In this document: one piece after another, positions 38,457 through 48,378 of the stretch
Position numbering within the stretch: the first letter of the stretch is position 1
How the letters are laid out: each line of letters begins with the position of its first letter
Source: a bacterium
GTDB lineage: Bacteria; Oederibacteriota; PGYV01; Palsa-1178
Assembly: GCA_037138355.1 (NCBI GenBank)
Contig: JBAXIL010000008.1
Coordinates: 1-51,495 of the forward strand
Length of the DNA stretch: 51,495 nucleotides
Direction: 5' to 3'
Made by a program: the position numbers and the translations under genes
The notes under the pieces: generated by a model
The model's input: only the letters and a program-made list of their open reading frames with translations
Database searches by the model: none
Told to the model about the DNA's origin: nothing

Positions 38457-40535
38457 TTACTTATTTTGTTTTTCTGGTTCTAGTTCAAGTTTCAACGCTT
38501 CAAGATCTATTCTAACTATTATAACAGAAAAGCTATCACCTGTTTTAATTATTTTCTTTGATCTTTTAGCTATCGCAGCCTGCCTATACTGGTCAAAAAC
38601 ATAATACTCCTCAAGGGAATCGTAATTCACAAAACCCTCCACAGGATATTGCTTTAGCTCCATAACAAAACCATTTTTTGTAACTCTGGATACCACTGCC
38701 TCAAAAACATCACCTACTCTATCTTTCAAAAAATCAAGACAGTAAAGTCTAAAAGTATCATTTTCAGCTTTTTCAGCTTTTTCTTCGTTTGTTGAAATAT
38801 CAAAGGCCACTTGCTTAAGATAAACCTTTTCAGTTTGTTTCATCGCTTCCACGCCTAAATAATTTTTTATCAATCTGTGGACTATGACATCCGCATACCG
38901 TCTAATCGGAGATGTAAAATGCGTGTATTTTTCCAAGCCAAGTCCGAAGTGTCCGAGATTATTTTCAGAATATCTTGCCAACTTCATTGAACGAAGTAGC
39001 TTTTTTTGCACGAGATTTTTCTTATCAGAATTTTTGACTTGCTCTAAGACATGTTGAAACTCTCTATTAGTACCTTTTTTTAGAGATACATCTATTCCCA
39101 TACCACGCATATAAGAGTTGAACTCATCTATATCTTTTTGAAATGGCTTCTCATGTACTCTAAACATACCTGCTTTAGTATGTTTAGTAATAAAATCAGC
39201 AGCGCATACATTTGCAGATATCATAAAGTATTCTATGAGCTTGTGCGAGTCCAGTGACTCTTTCCTTACAATATCAGCAATACTCCAATCAGCCCTATAC
39301 ACAAAAACTGGTTCTCCCAAATCAAAATCAATACTCCCACCTAATCTAAAGTTTTCTTTCAACTTTTCTTTTAGCTCGTTCATAAGAAACAAAAGGTCTT
39401 TAAGTTTTTTGTCAGGACATTCAGCGCCTTTTAATATACCGTCCACTTGCTCATACGAAAAGCGTTTGTAATTTTTTATTATGCTTTCTTTTATCTCATA
39501 ATTTTCTATTACACCATGTTCATCCATATTCATAAATATAGAGAAAGTCATTCTATCCATACCTTCGCGCAAGGAACAAATATCATTTGAAAGTTTTTCT
39601 GGCTGCATTGGAATAACAGAACCAGGCAGATAAACGCTGGTGCCCCTCAAAGAGGCCTCTAAATCCAAGGCAGAACCTTCCTTCATATAATGAGCCACAT
39701 CTGCTATATGTACACCTAAACGATATTTACCGTTCTTTTTTTCTATGGAGATCGCATCATCAAAATCCTTTGCATCTATAGGATCCACAGTAATTATCAT
39801 TTCATTTCTCAAATCTAATCGATTACCTATGTTTGAAGTATCTATGCCTATCTCCGCAGCTTGCGATAGAACTTCATCAGAAAACTCCTGTCGTATTTCA
39901 TTTCTTGCAAGAATGAACTGTGTATATAGCTTCATGTCACTTTTATCATATAGATGCGATACTACTTCACCTGAAAGTTTCCCATTGTCGTATTCAGCTT
40001 TAACTAAGATAAGATCGCCTTCACCTAATGCTTCTGACGGATTTTTTATTTTAATTATAGGTCCTGGTTTAAAAGAAAGAACTGCAAAAAAATCATTTCC
40101 AAACTTTTTCACCCTACACATAACAGGCGCTTCTGTACGAGAAACTATTCTTTTGAGCTCCCCTTCTATACCACCTGCTCTGCTTACATGTGGATATACT
40201 TCTATAATATCCCCTGGCAATAGTTCTTCAGCACTGCTTCTGCCTACAAAAATGTCATTTCCATCAGGCATTACGAGAAAACCATAATCATTTCTTAAAT
40301 CAATTTTTCCAGTGATTGTTTTAGAGGTCTTTTCACCAGAAAACTTCTTTCTTGCCATACTTATAGTCCCTTGTTTACTGAGCTTTTTCAAGATTTGTTT
40401 CACAGGTCCTCTGGCATTATTTGGCAGCTTTAATCTGTGCAATATGGTTTTTACATCAAGTGACTTACCTTCACTTTTAATCAGTTGTATTATTTCATCT
40501 CTATTTACAGCTTGAATTCGCTTATTATTGTTCAT
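38457..40535 (-). CDS. rnr: Ribonuclease R (RNB family)
   Basis: N-terminal HTH/CSD, TVDP.DAKDFDDA, HFTSPIRRY.D, C-terminal S1. Confidence 0.92.
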   Translation of the reverse strand: MNNNKRIQAVNRDEIIQLIKSEGKSLDVKTILHRLKLPNNARGPVKQILKKLSKQGTISMARKKFSGEKTSKTITGKIDLRNDYGFLVMPDGNDIFVGRSSAEELLPGDIIEVYPHVSRAGGIEGELKRIVSRTEAPVMCRVKKFGNDFFAVLSFKPGPIIKIKNPSEALGEGDLILVKAEYDNGKLSGEVVSHLYDKSDMKLYTQFILARNEIRQEFSDEVLSQAAEIGIDTSNIGNRLDLRNEMIITVDPIDAKDFDDAISIEKKNGKYRLGVHIADVAHYMKEGSALDLEASLRGTSVYLPGSVIPMQPEKLSNDICSLREGMDRMTFSIFMNMDEHGVIENYEIKESIIKNYKRFSYEQVDGILKGAECPDKKLKDLLFLMNELKEKLKENFRLGGSIDFDLGEPVFVYRADWSIADIVRKESLDSHKLIEYFMISANVCAADFITKHTKAGMFRVHEKPFQKDIDEFNSYMRGMGIDVSLKKGTNREFQHVLEQVKNSDKKNLVQKKLLRSMKLARYSENNLGHFGLGLEKYTHFTSPIRRYADVIVHRLIKNYLGVEAMKQTEKVYLKQVAFDISTNEEKAEKAENDTFRLYCLDFLKDRVGDVFEAVVSRVTKNGFVMELKQYPVEGFVNYDSLEEYYVFDQYRQAAIAKRSKKIIKTGDSFSVIIVRIDLEALKLELEPEKQNK

Positions 40536-40572
40536 TGTTCTCCATTTCTACAATTTCATTTTATGCAATTAT

Positions 40573-41472
40573 TTACTTAACTTCTGCTGTTGGCGTTACA
40601 GTTAAAGGAATCCCTAAAGTAGGATTTACCTGGGTCTGCCACGCAGTAGTTGCTGGAGCATTATTTGTGCCATTTAAAACATAATTAACTTTTACTACAT
40701 ATAACAGTTTATCTAATTTATTTAAGTTCATATTATTTGCATCTAAAAGTATTTCAATACCCAGGACTAAATTAAAATCATTATAAAACTTAACTACTGT
40801 CTGCGGTATTAAAGTGAGCACATACGAATTTCCAGATGTTCTTTGTGCTACTGAATAATTAATTTCCGCGAGCATATCAACCGACTGTTTTTCTGGATCA
40901 TTAAAAAAATTAAAACCAAGTGATGCCGCTAAATCCATGCCATTCTGATAATCGGAAGGTCTTACTGCCTGTTCTGCAAGTGCTTGCAATGAATATTTGA
41001 CAAACCATAAAGAACCTTTTTGATAAAGTCCTACTACGAGATTATGCATTTCATTTCTATTAATAAGCAAAGGATTATTTTCAAGCTTTAGTGCTAAAGG
41101 AATTCTATAACCCAAAATAACACCCAATCCCATGTCGAACTGCTTCCCAGCAAGTAATGTAATCATTTGCACATTATTATGGTCCAATAAAGCTTCAAGA
41201 TTTTGAAAGACATAGTTTGCGTCAACCGAGACAAAGAAGCTATCTGGTAATCCCATGCGAAGTACGAAATCCTGATCCATACCACGGAGCATAATTCCAG
41301 TAGTAACAGCCCCATCATGATAAATAGTATTATATTCAAAATATTTTTCTTTGTATTCTGCTTGAACTTTCCAAGCTGCCAGCGAGTCGCCTGCCACATC
41401 ACAATAGGTTAAGGCATACGCTGATGTTTTAAGAGCCAATATAATAATGACAAAAAATAGTAATTTTTTCAC
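40573..41472 (-). CDS. Secreted hypothetical protein, probable outer-membrane beta-barrel
   Basis: Signal peptide (AYA); alternating hydrophobic/aromatic strands; ATGA overlap with mltG. Confidence 0.55.
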   Translation of the reverse strand: MKKLLFFVIIILALKTSAYALTYCDVAGDSLAAWKVQAEYKEKYFEYNTIYHDGAVTTGIMLRGMDQDFVLRMGLPDSFFVSVDANYVFQNLEALLDHNNVQMITLLAGKQFDMGLGVILGYRIPLALKLENNPLLINRNEMHNLVVGLYQKGSLWFVKYSLQALAEQAVRPSDYQNGMDLAASLGFNFFNDPEKQSVDMLAEINYSVAQRTSGNSYVLTLIPQTVVKFYNDFNLVLGIEILLDANNMNLNKLDKLLYVVKVNYVLNGTNNAPATTAWQTQVNPTLGIPLTVTPTAEVK

Positions 41473-42524
41473 TCCTGCCCCTGCCTTATTCTCTTATTTT
41501 TGATTTTTGCTATATTGTGTTGTTCTAAAGTTTCAGAAAATGTATGTTCTCCATTTTCATAAAGCACGAAATATCTATATTTTGTTACTGCTGGTTTTAA
41601 AGCAGCAGTCATACTTGGAATTCCTGGATTGCATATAGGACCAGGTGGCAAACCTATTCTGATATAAGTGTTATATGGGTTTTCGACTCTTAAGTCCTTA
41701 TATGTTATGATTCCCTTTTTCTTATTCAGTGCATACCTTACAGTGGCACAAGATTCAAGTCGTTTCTGATATGCCTCTGGGGACTTTAACCTATTATAAA
41801 AAACCGAAGAAACCAAAAAGCGTTCAACATCCAGCCGTGATTCCTTTTCTATTATAGAAGCCATAATCAGTACCTTATAACCAGTCGCTTTATAACCCTG
41901 AATATCATAAACGCGGTTTATATCTATAACAGTTTTTTCAATAAAGCGTTCATGCATAGTTTGTAAAATCTTTTCTGCAGTCTCGCCCCTAACTATGAAA
42001 TAAGTATCTGGAAACAAAAGGCCCTCTGCGGATTGGTTGTCTATACCCATAGCTTTTAATAGACTTTTATCCGCTACTGCCTTTAAAACATCACCACTTT
42101 TAATCATTCCAGCGTCAGAAAGAATTCTATCTATATCACCTATGTCGGAACCTTCTGGCACCACAATCTGATGTTTTTTAACATCCCCTTTTACAAGTTT
42201 ATTGGCAATATCTAATGCTGATTCACCAGCCGAAAACTCATACTCTCCAGCCTGAAACTTTTTATTTGAGCCTGTTGCCAAAGCATATATTTCAAAAGCG
42301 AGACTGTTTCTTATAAAACCATTTGAAGCAAGCATATTGGATATTTTTCTTAGGCCTGTGCCATAAGTTATGGAAACTTCTTTCAACTGTTTTTTATCAA
42401 AGGAAATAGGAATTATAAGAGACAGAAAAAGGCTTACCAAAATAGCGCATATTAAAATGGCAATAATAACTGGAAAATTCAATAGCGATATTTTCTTTTT
42501 TACAATAATTTTTTTATTATTCAT
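41469..42524 (-). CDS. mltG: Endolytic transglycosylase MltG
   Basis: N-terminal TM, AGEYEF, EGLLFPDTY, ASIIEKE, PYNTY..GLPPGPI.NPG. Confidence 0.95.
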   Translation of the reverse strand: MNNKKIIVKKKISLLNFPVIIAILICAILVSLFLSLIIPISFDKKQLKEVSITYGTGLRKISNMLASNGFIRNSLAFEIYALATGSNKKFQAGEYEFSAGESALDIANKLVKGDVKKHQIVVPEGSDIGDIDRILSDAGMIKSGDVLKAVADKSLLKAMGIDNQSAEGLLFPDTYFIVRGETAEKILQTMHERFIEKTVIDINRVYDIQGYKATGYKVLIMASIIEKESRLDVERFLVSSVFYNRLKSPEAYQKRLESCATVRYALNKKKGIITYKDLRVENPYNTYIRIGLPPGPICNPGIPSMTAALKPAVTKYRYFVLYENGEHTFSETLEQHNIAKIKNKRIRQGQE

Positions 42525-42940
42525 TTCTTCCTTTCACGAGATTTGTCCAGATAATTTTGAAGAATAAGTACAGCTGCCAAAGCATCCACTTTTTTTTTCC
42601 TTTTTTTCCTACTTAAATCAGCTTCCAGCATTATATTATTTGCTTCCCAACTCGAAAGGCGTTCATCCCACATTATGATTTCCTTGTCAGGAAAAATGAT
42701 TTTCAATCTATCTACTAACTGACCAACAAATGTATTATGGGGATTTCTTGTGCCATCCATATTGAAGGGTTCACCGACTATTATTTTACCAAATTCATTT
42801 TTTTCGCCAAGCTCTTTAAGTTGTCTATCCAAGCGTTCATCGTTTTTTATATTGCCTATAGGTCTCGCCAGATATTCAGTTTCATCACTGATTGAAACCC
42901 CGATTCTGACTGTTCCAGGATCAAAACAAATAATTCTCAT
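42521..42940 (-). CDS. ruvX: YqgF/RuvX family pre-16S rRNA nuclease
   Basis: D.G..RIGVSISD, DERLSS, VDALAAVLILQ.YL. Confidence 0.94.
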   Translation of the reverse strand: MRIICFDPGTVRIGVSISDETEYLARPIGNIKNDERLDRQLKELGEKNEFGKIIVGEPFNMDGTRNPHNTFVGQLVDRLKIIFPDKEIIMWDERLSSWEANNIMLEADLSRKKRKKKVDALAAVLILQNYLDKSRERKK

Positions 42941-42943
42941 AGC

Positions 42944-45562
42944 TTAACCTTTAACTGCTTTTTCTACTTCAAGCAGGGCTTCGTCTAACTTTGAGATATC
43001 CTTGCCTCCCGCTTCTGCCATGTTCTTTTTGCCACCACCGCCGCCACCACATATAGCAGCCGCGCGTTTTACTATTTTAGAAGCATCGTATTTGTCAGTT
43101 ATATCATCTGTGACCATCGCAAGGAAGCTTATTTTATCATCTGCGGTACTTGCGATAACGATAACTGCTTTTTTCATTTTCTCTCGCAGTACATCACCTA
43201 ACTGCCTCACTGCTTCTTTATCCGCCTCTGCAAATCTTATAGTTATTACTTTTACTCCATTAATTTCCTTTGCAGCACTTATATAGTCCTCGACATTTTT
43301 CATCATTCCAGCTTTTTTAACTTCATTAACTCTTTTGTCAAGTTCTTTAAATTCTTTTATCATTTTATTTATCTTGTCTTTCATTTCTGTTATGTCGCTT
43401 GTCTTAAATATGGCTTTCAATTCTTTTATAGTGTTTTCATTTTCTAAAACCATAGCATATGAGGCATTTCCTGTTATTGCTTCTATTCTTCTTATTCCAG
43501 CAGCTGTGGAAGCTGAAGAGAGTATCTTAAACAATCCAATCTCACCTATATTATGCAAATGAGTGCCTGCACATAGCTCTTTAGATATATTGCCCACTGA
43601 CACCACCCGAACTTCTCCCTTATACTTTTCTTCAAATAAAGCCATCGCGCCTGTATTTTTAGCTGCCTCTACGCTCATAACTGCTACTTGCACAGGCACA
43701 CTTTCTTGTATCCATTGATTTATCATTTTTTCTACAGCGCGTACTTCCTGCTCAGTGAGGGCTTCATAGTGAGTAAAATCAAATCTTAACCTGTCATCTC
43801 CGACATAAGACCCCGCCTGTTCTACATGCGAACCAAGTATAATTCTCAAAGCTGCTTGCAAAAGATGTGTGCCAGTATGATTTTTCATTATAGAAAAACG
43901 CTTGTCCATATCCACCATAGTTTTTACTACTGAGCCTTCTTTTATCGCACCTCTTGTTATTTTAGCCCTGTGTATATATCTATTGTCCGTTTTTTGAGTA
44001 TCTATTACTTCAATTTCAAGCTCCTGTCCAATCATTAAGCCTTTATCACCTAATTGTCCTCCACCTTCACCATAAAAAGAACTCTTATCAAGGAAGATTG
44101 ACACATCTTCGCCCTCTGTCGCAGATGAAACTTTTTTACCATGTTTTACTATTGCAATAACTTTACAATTTTCTTCATTAAATGAAGTGTATCCAGTGAA
44201 ACTTGTAGAAACTATATTTTTAATTATTTCATCAGGAACGCCCTGATCATCAACACTCATACCCTTCCATGCTTTTTTTGCTGTCTCTCTTTGCGCTTCC
44301 ATGCATAATTTAAATTTTTCCTTATCTGGATTTATATTGTGTTCTTTTAGTATTTCCTCAGTAATTTCAATAGGAAAACCGTAAGTGTCATATAGCTTAA
44401 ATGCTATTTCTCCTTGCATTATGTTAATATTATTTTTCTTCATGGTATCTATTTCTGCATTCAAGATCTCTAAACCTTTGTCCATGGTTTCCTGAAACTT
44501 TTCTTCTTCAAGCTTAATAATTTGTGTTATGTAATCTTTCCTGTGTGCCGTTTCAGGATAAGCTTCACCCATCATGTGAAGTACTACAGGCACCACTTTA
44601 TACAAAAAGGTTTCCTTAAAACCAAGTGTCCTTCCATGACGAACCGCTCTACGGATCAACCTGCGCAGTACATAACCACGACCTTCATTTGAAGGTAAAA
44701 CTCCATCTCCGATTAAGAAAGTCACGGCTCTCGCATGGTCAGCAACTACTCGCAAAGAAATATCCATTTTTGCATCTTTGCCATAAAGGGTTTCTGCTTT
44801 TTCAGCAACATCTTTTATAATAGGCATAAAAAGGTCTGTTTCAAAATTTGAAAAAACACCTTGTGATACAGCGGCAAGTCTTTCAAGCCCCATACCAGTA
44901 TCTATATTTTTTTGTTTTAATTCCCCAAGTGTACCATCAGCGCGTTTATCAAACTGAGTAAAAACAAGATTCCATACTTCAAGAAACCTATCATCATTTT
45001 TTTCTATATCTTCAGCAGTTACAATACCTTTTTTGCCACCTTCAAAATCAAAATATATTTCACTACAATAACCACACGGTCCTACAGTTCCCATTTCCCA
45101 GAAGTTAGTTTCTTTACCTAAACGAAATATCCTATCTGCTGGTATTTTCATTTTATTGTGCCATATATCATAGGCCTCGTTATCGTCCAGATATACGGTG
45201 ACATAAAGTTTTTCTTTTGGTATTTTTACAACTTCAGTTAAAAACTCCCAGCCCCACTTTATAGTATCTTCCTTAAAATAATCGCCAAAAGAAAAGTTCC
45301 CAAGCATTTCGAAAAATGTATGATGCCTACGAGTTCTACCTACATTGTCTATATCATTTGTTCTGATACACTTTTGCGAGGAAGTTGCTCTGGTAAATAA
45401 GAGAGGTACCTTGGATAGGAAATAGTTTTTAAAAGGAACCATGCCTGCTACGGTAAATAATAAGGAAGCATCTTCAGGTATAAGAGATGACGAAGGTCTA
45501 ACCGAATGTCCACGCTCTGCGAAAAACTGTAAATATAATTTTCTTAATTCATTACTATTCAT
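42944..45562 (-). CDS. alaS: Alanine--tRNA ligase
   Basis: FFEMLGNFSFGDYFK, DTGMGLER, NHTGTHLL, ELCAGTH, DHHA1 GGGGGG. Confidence 0.98.
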   Translation of the reverse strand: MNSNELRKLYLQFFAERGHSVRPSSSLIPEDASLLFTVAGMVPFKNYFLSKVPLLFTRATSSQKCIRTNDIDNVGRTRRHHTFFEMLGNFSFGDYFKEDTIKWGWEFLTEVVKIPKEKLYVTVYLDDNEAYDIWHNKMKIPADRIFRLGKETNFWEMGTVGPCGYCSEIYFDFEGGKKGIVTAEDIEKNDDRFLEVWNLVFTQFDKRADGTLGELKQKNIDTGMGLERLAAVSQGVFSNFETDLFMPIIKDVAEKAETLYGKDAKMDISLRVVADHARAVTFLIGDGVLPSNEGRGYVLRRLIRRAVRHGRTLGFKETFLYKVVPVVLHMMGEAYPETAHRKDYITQIIKLEEEKFQETMDKGLEILNAEIDTMKKNNINIMQGEIAFKLYDTYGFPIEITEEILKEHNINPDKEKFKLCMEAQRETAKKAWKGMSVDDQGVPDEIIKNIVSTSFTGYTSFNEENCKVIAIVKHGKKVSSATEGEDVSIFLDKSSFYGEGGGQLGDKGLMIGQELEIEVIDTQKTDNRYIHRAKITRGAIKEGSVVKTMVDMDKRFSIMKNHTGTHLLQAALRIILGSHVEQAGSYVGDDRLRFDFTHYEALTEQEVRAVEKMINQWIQESVPVQVAVMSVEAAKNTGAMALFEEKYKGEVRVVSVGNISKELCAGTHLHNIGEIGLFKILSSASTAAGIRRIEAITGNASYAMVLENENTIKELKAIFKTSDITEMKDKINKMIKEFKELDKRVNEVKKAGMMKNVEDYISAAKEINGVKVITIRFAEADKEAVRQLGDVLREKMKKAVIVIASTADDKISFLAMVTDDITDKYDASKIVKRAAAICGGGGGGKKNMAEAGGKDISKLDEALLEVEKAVKG

Positions 45563-46028
45563 AGTCCAAGTCTCCTTTTAACTCCTCGTTCAATATTTCA
45601 ATAATTATATCATAATCAAACCCTTTTGCTTGTAAATAATTGGTAGCTTTTTGCCTTAATTTCATGGTATTTTCGGATTTTTTGATTGGTTTAAATTTCA
45701 ATTGAAAGGCCTTCCTGGCAGTTGTTCTCTCGTCAATTACCTCCAAAAGCAATTCAAATTGTTCTTTCTTTAGACCTTTTAATTCTAAATAATTTTTTAT
45801 AAACGCTTTGCTTGAAGGAGCTTTAATTGTGTATTTACTAATCAACTTACTTATATAAACAGCATCATTTATGAAGTTTTTTTGTTTTAATGAGTCCATC
45901 ACAGGACTAATATCAGCCTCAGTATAGCCCTTAGCTTCCATTCTTAATCGTAATTCTGCTTCTCCATAATCTCTAATGGCAAGCAGTTTAAGTGCAAAAT
46001 CTATGATTTTTTTCTTGTCCACAGCCAT
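45555..46028 (-). CDS. recX: Regulatory protein RecX
   Basis: ALKLL..RDY...EL..R, FINDA.Y, L..KG repeated, YLQAKGF. Confidence 0.88.
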   Translation of the reverse strand: MAVDKKKIIDFALKLLAIRDYGEAELRLRMEAKGYTEADISPVMDSLKQKNFINDAVYISKLISKYTIKAPSSKAFIKNYLELKGLKKEQFELLLEVIDERTTARKAFQLKFKPIKKSENTMKLRQKATNYLQAKGFDYDIIIEILNEELKGDLDYE

Positions 46029-46056
46029 AACACTCTCCTAAGTATATATATAAGAC

Positions 46057-46084
46057 ATTTTACTTGTAAAAACAACAGTGTCAA
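46057..46084 (-). promoter_or_regulatory. Promoter of the recX-alaS operon
   Basis: TTGACA-16 nt-TAAAAT. Confidence 0.6.
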
Positions 46085-46116
46085 TGTCAAATAACAGAGT
46101 TCCAACTCTTTAGCAA

Positions 46117-46145
46117 TTGACAAAGCTTTTAATTCATTTTATAAT
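46117..46145 (+). promoter_or_regulatory. Perfect-consensus sigma70 promoter
   Basis: TTGACA-17 nt-TATAAT followed by RBS AGGAGG. Confidence 0.8.
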
Positions 46146-46177
46146 CATTTTATTAAATACTTAGGAGGTTTTCTAAA

Positions 46178-46606
46178 ATGGAATCAAAAAATACTAAATC
46201 ACAAGAGGTCTGGATAATTATCGGACTTGTATTACTTACGCTTATCATCGCCTATCTTATGGCTCGTTATGAAGTGGTAAAAAGAGCTCACCGCGAATAC
46301 ACAGAAGGTGAAAAATTTCTTGGATTTGAACGCAATCCAGATTCAAAAAAGTTATACTATGACAATAAGCTCCAAAAGAAAGAAATAACTGAAATTGAAT
46401 ACCAAATGCTTATGGAAGATAGTGCCTTAAAAAATGCTTATGTTCAATACCAGACAGTAGTGGACCTGTTTACTCCACCAGAATCACAGTGGGTAAAGAA
46501 ATCACGCGAAAGATTAACAGAGATAACACCTGAATATAATACCTGGGTGGCAAAGCTCTCAGCAGAAGTACAAAAAGCATCAAACAAACCAATAAAAAAG
46601 AAATAA
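46178..46606 (+). CDS. Hypothetical single-pass membrane protein with helical (TPR-like) domain
   Basis: One N-terminal TM helix; strong promoter and RBS; terminator after the stop. Confidence 0.8.
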   Translation: MESKNTKSQEVWIIIGLVLLTLIIAYLMARYEVVKRAHREYTEGEKFLGFERNPDSKKLYYDNKLQKKEITEIEYQMLMEDSALKNAYVQYQTVVDLFTPPESQWVKKSRERLTEITPEYNTWVAKLSAEVQKASNKPIKKK

Positions 46607-46636
46607 AAAAAACCGGCTTAAAGCCAGCTTTTTTTT
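46605..46636. terminator. Bidirectional terminator between convergent genes
   Basis: Minus strand A8-GCTGGCT-TTA-AGCCGGT-T7. Confidence 0.75.
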
Positions 46637-46650
46637 AGTCGCTATATAAC

Positions 46651-47499
46651 TTATCTGATTCTCATTATCTCTGTAATTCTTTCAAAATCTTCAGAATTAT
46701 AATACTCTATAACGATAGTTCCTTTTTTGTAATTTCCTTTTATGCTTACTTTTGTACCAAAATGTAGTTTCATTTTATTCTCAACGCTTTTCATTTCAGC
46801 AGTGGTTTGCTGTTTAACTCCTGCTTTTTTTGAAGAAGTCTTTTGCAGTAAGGCTTCTATATCTCTGACAGACAAACCCTTTCTAACTGCTTGTTCAGCT
46901 AACAGGCGTTGTTTTGCTTTATCTTCAACTCCGAGCAGTACTTTAGCATGACCTAAAGAAAGCTCTTCATTAATAACATATTGCTGTATCTCAGGTGCCA
47001 GCTTTAACAATCTAACGATATTAGCTACGCTTACCCTATTTATCCCTATTCTGTCAGACAATTCTTCTTGAGTACATTTATAACTTTCCATAAGATTTTT
47101 AAAGGCCTTGGCTTCTTCAATAGGGTTCAAATCATGTCTCATTATATTCTCAACCAGACCTATTTCAAGCTGTTCGGCAGGTGAAACATTTTTTATTAAC
47201 ACAGGTACTGTTTTCAAACCTGCCCTCTGTGCTGCAATAAAACGCCTTTCACCTGCTATAATTTCATATTTATTGCCAACTTCCTTTACTATCAACGGTT
47301 CTATAACTCCAATACTTTTAACTGATTTTATCAGCTCTTCAAGCTTCTCAGGAGTAAATCTTTTCCTTGGCTGATTTGGATTTGCCCTTATGTCATTAAT
47401 ACTTATCTCCGCTGTTCCTTTTGCTGGTACAGATGTTGACTTAGATTTTGCTCCAGGAATTAATGCCTCAAGTCCTTTTCCAAGTGCTTGTCTTGCCAT
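46651..47499 (-). CDS. parB: Chromosome partitioning protein ParB/Spo0J
   Basis: ALGKGLEALI, NPNQPRK.F, IIAGERR, HTH, LSLGHAK.LL. Confidence 0.96.
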   Translation of the reverse strand: MARQALGKGLEALIPGAKSKSTSVPAKGTAEISINDIRANPNQPRKRFTPEKLEELIKSVKSIGVIEPLIVKEVGNKYEIIAGERRFIAAQRAGLKTVPVLIKNVSPAEQLEIGLVENIMRHDLNPIEEAKAFKNLMESYKCTQEELSDRIGINRVSVANIVRLLKLAPEIQQYVINEELSLGHAKVLLGVEDKAKQRLLAEQAVRKGLSVRDIEALLQKTSSKKAGVKQQTTAEMKSVENKMKLHFGTKVSIKGNYKKGTIVIEYYNSEDFERITEIMRIR

Positions 47500-47505
47500 A
47501 ATATA

Positions 47506-48297
47506 TTACCCCTTTCCCGCAACGCTTTTGCGCACTTCTTTTATTCCTGTAATTTCTGCAGCCAAATTATCATAAGCTTTTGCACCTTTTGAATGTCCAT
47601 CATACTTATCTATGGGTTGTCCAAAACTCGGTGCTTCTGAAAGCCTTACATTTCTCGGAATAACAGTATCATATACTTTATGTTTAAACTTTTTCTTAAT
47701 TTCTTCTAATACCTGCATAGAAAGATTGGTTCTGGAATCAAACATAGTAATTACAACACCTTCTATCACAAGCCCTGGATTAAGATTTTCTTTTACTAAC
47801 CCGATTGTGTTAAGCAACTGACCTAAACCATCTAAGGCATAAAACTCGCACTGCATAGGAATTATTACCGAATCGGATGCCACAAGTGAGTTCAAAGTCA
47901 AAAGTCCAAGCGAAGGCGGTGAATCTATAAAAATATAATCATATTCCTTTTTTATTTGATCAAGTGCTTTTTTTAGTTTTGTTTCTCTTTCATCTTCATT
48001 TACAAGTTCAACTTCTGCTCCTGTTAACTGTATATTTGAAGGAATGATTTCAAGATTTTCTACTATCGTTTTTTTAATAACTTTCTTTACAGGCATATCT
48101 TCTATAAGAAGATTATAAACATTTTCTGATTCATCTTCTTTGTCAAGGCCAAGTCCCAATGTAGAATTGCCCTGTGGGTCAATGTCAACTATAAGAACTT
48201 TTAAACCCCTTGCCGCAATAGCACTGGCAGTATTTACTGTAGTTGTTGTTTTACCTACTCCGCCCTTTTGATTTGCGACAGATATAATTTTTCCCAT
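47506..48297 (-). CDS. parA: Chromosome partitioning ATPase ParA/Soj
   Basis: NQKGGVGKTTT, D.DPQGN, D.PPSLG, IPRNVRLSEAPSFG; ATG 48297 after AAGGAG. Confidence 0.97.
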   Translation of the reverse strand: MGKIISVANQKGGVGKTTTTVNTASAIAARGLKVLIVDIDPQGNSTLGLGLDKEDESENVYNLLIEDMPVKKVIKKTIVENLEIIPSNIQLTGAEVELVNEDERETKLKKALDQIKKEYDYIFIDSPPSLGLLTLNSLVASDSVIIPMQCEFYALDGLGQLLNTIGLVKENLNPGLVIEGVVITMFDSRTNLSMQVLEEIKKKFKHKVYDTVIPRNVRLSEAPSFGQPIDKYDGHSKGAKAYDNLAAEITGIKEVRKSVAGKG

Positions 48298-48378
48298 CAA
48301 AACTCCTTTTGACTTATTGTTGCTAAAAACATTCAATAAATATCGCAAAACATTACAAGAAAGTATAACACTTTTGAT

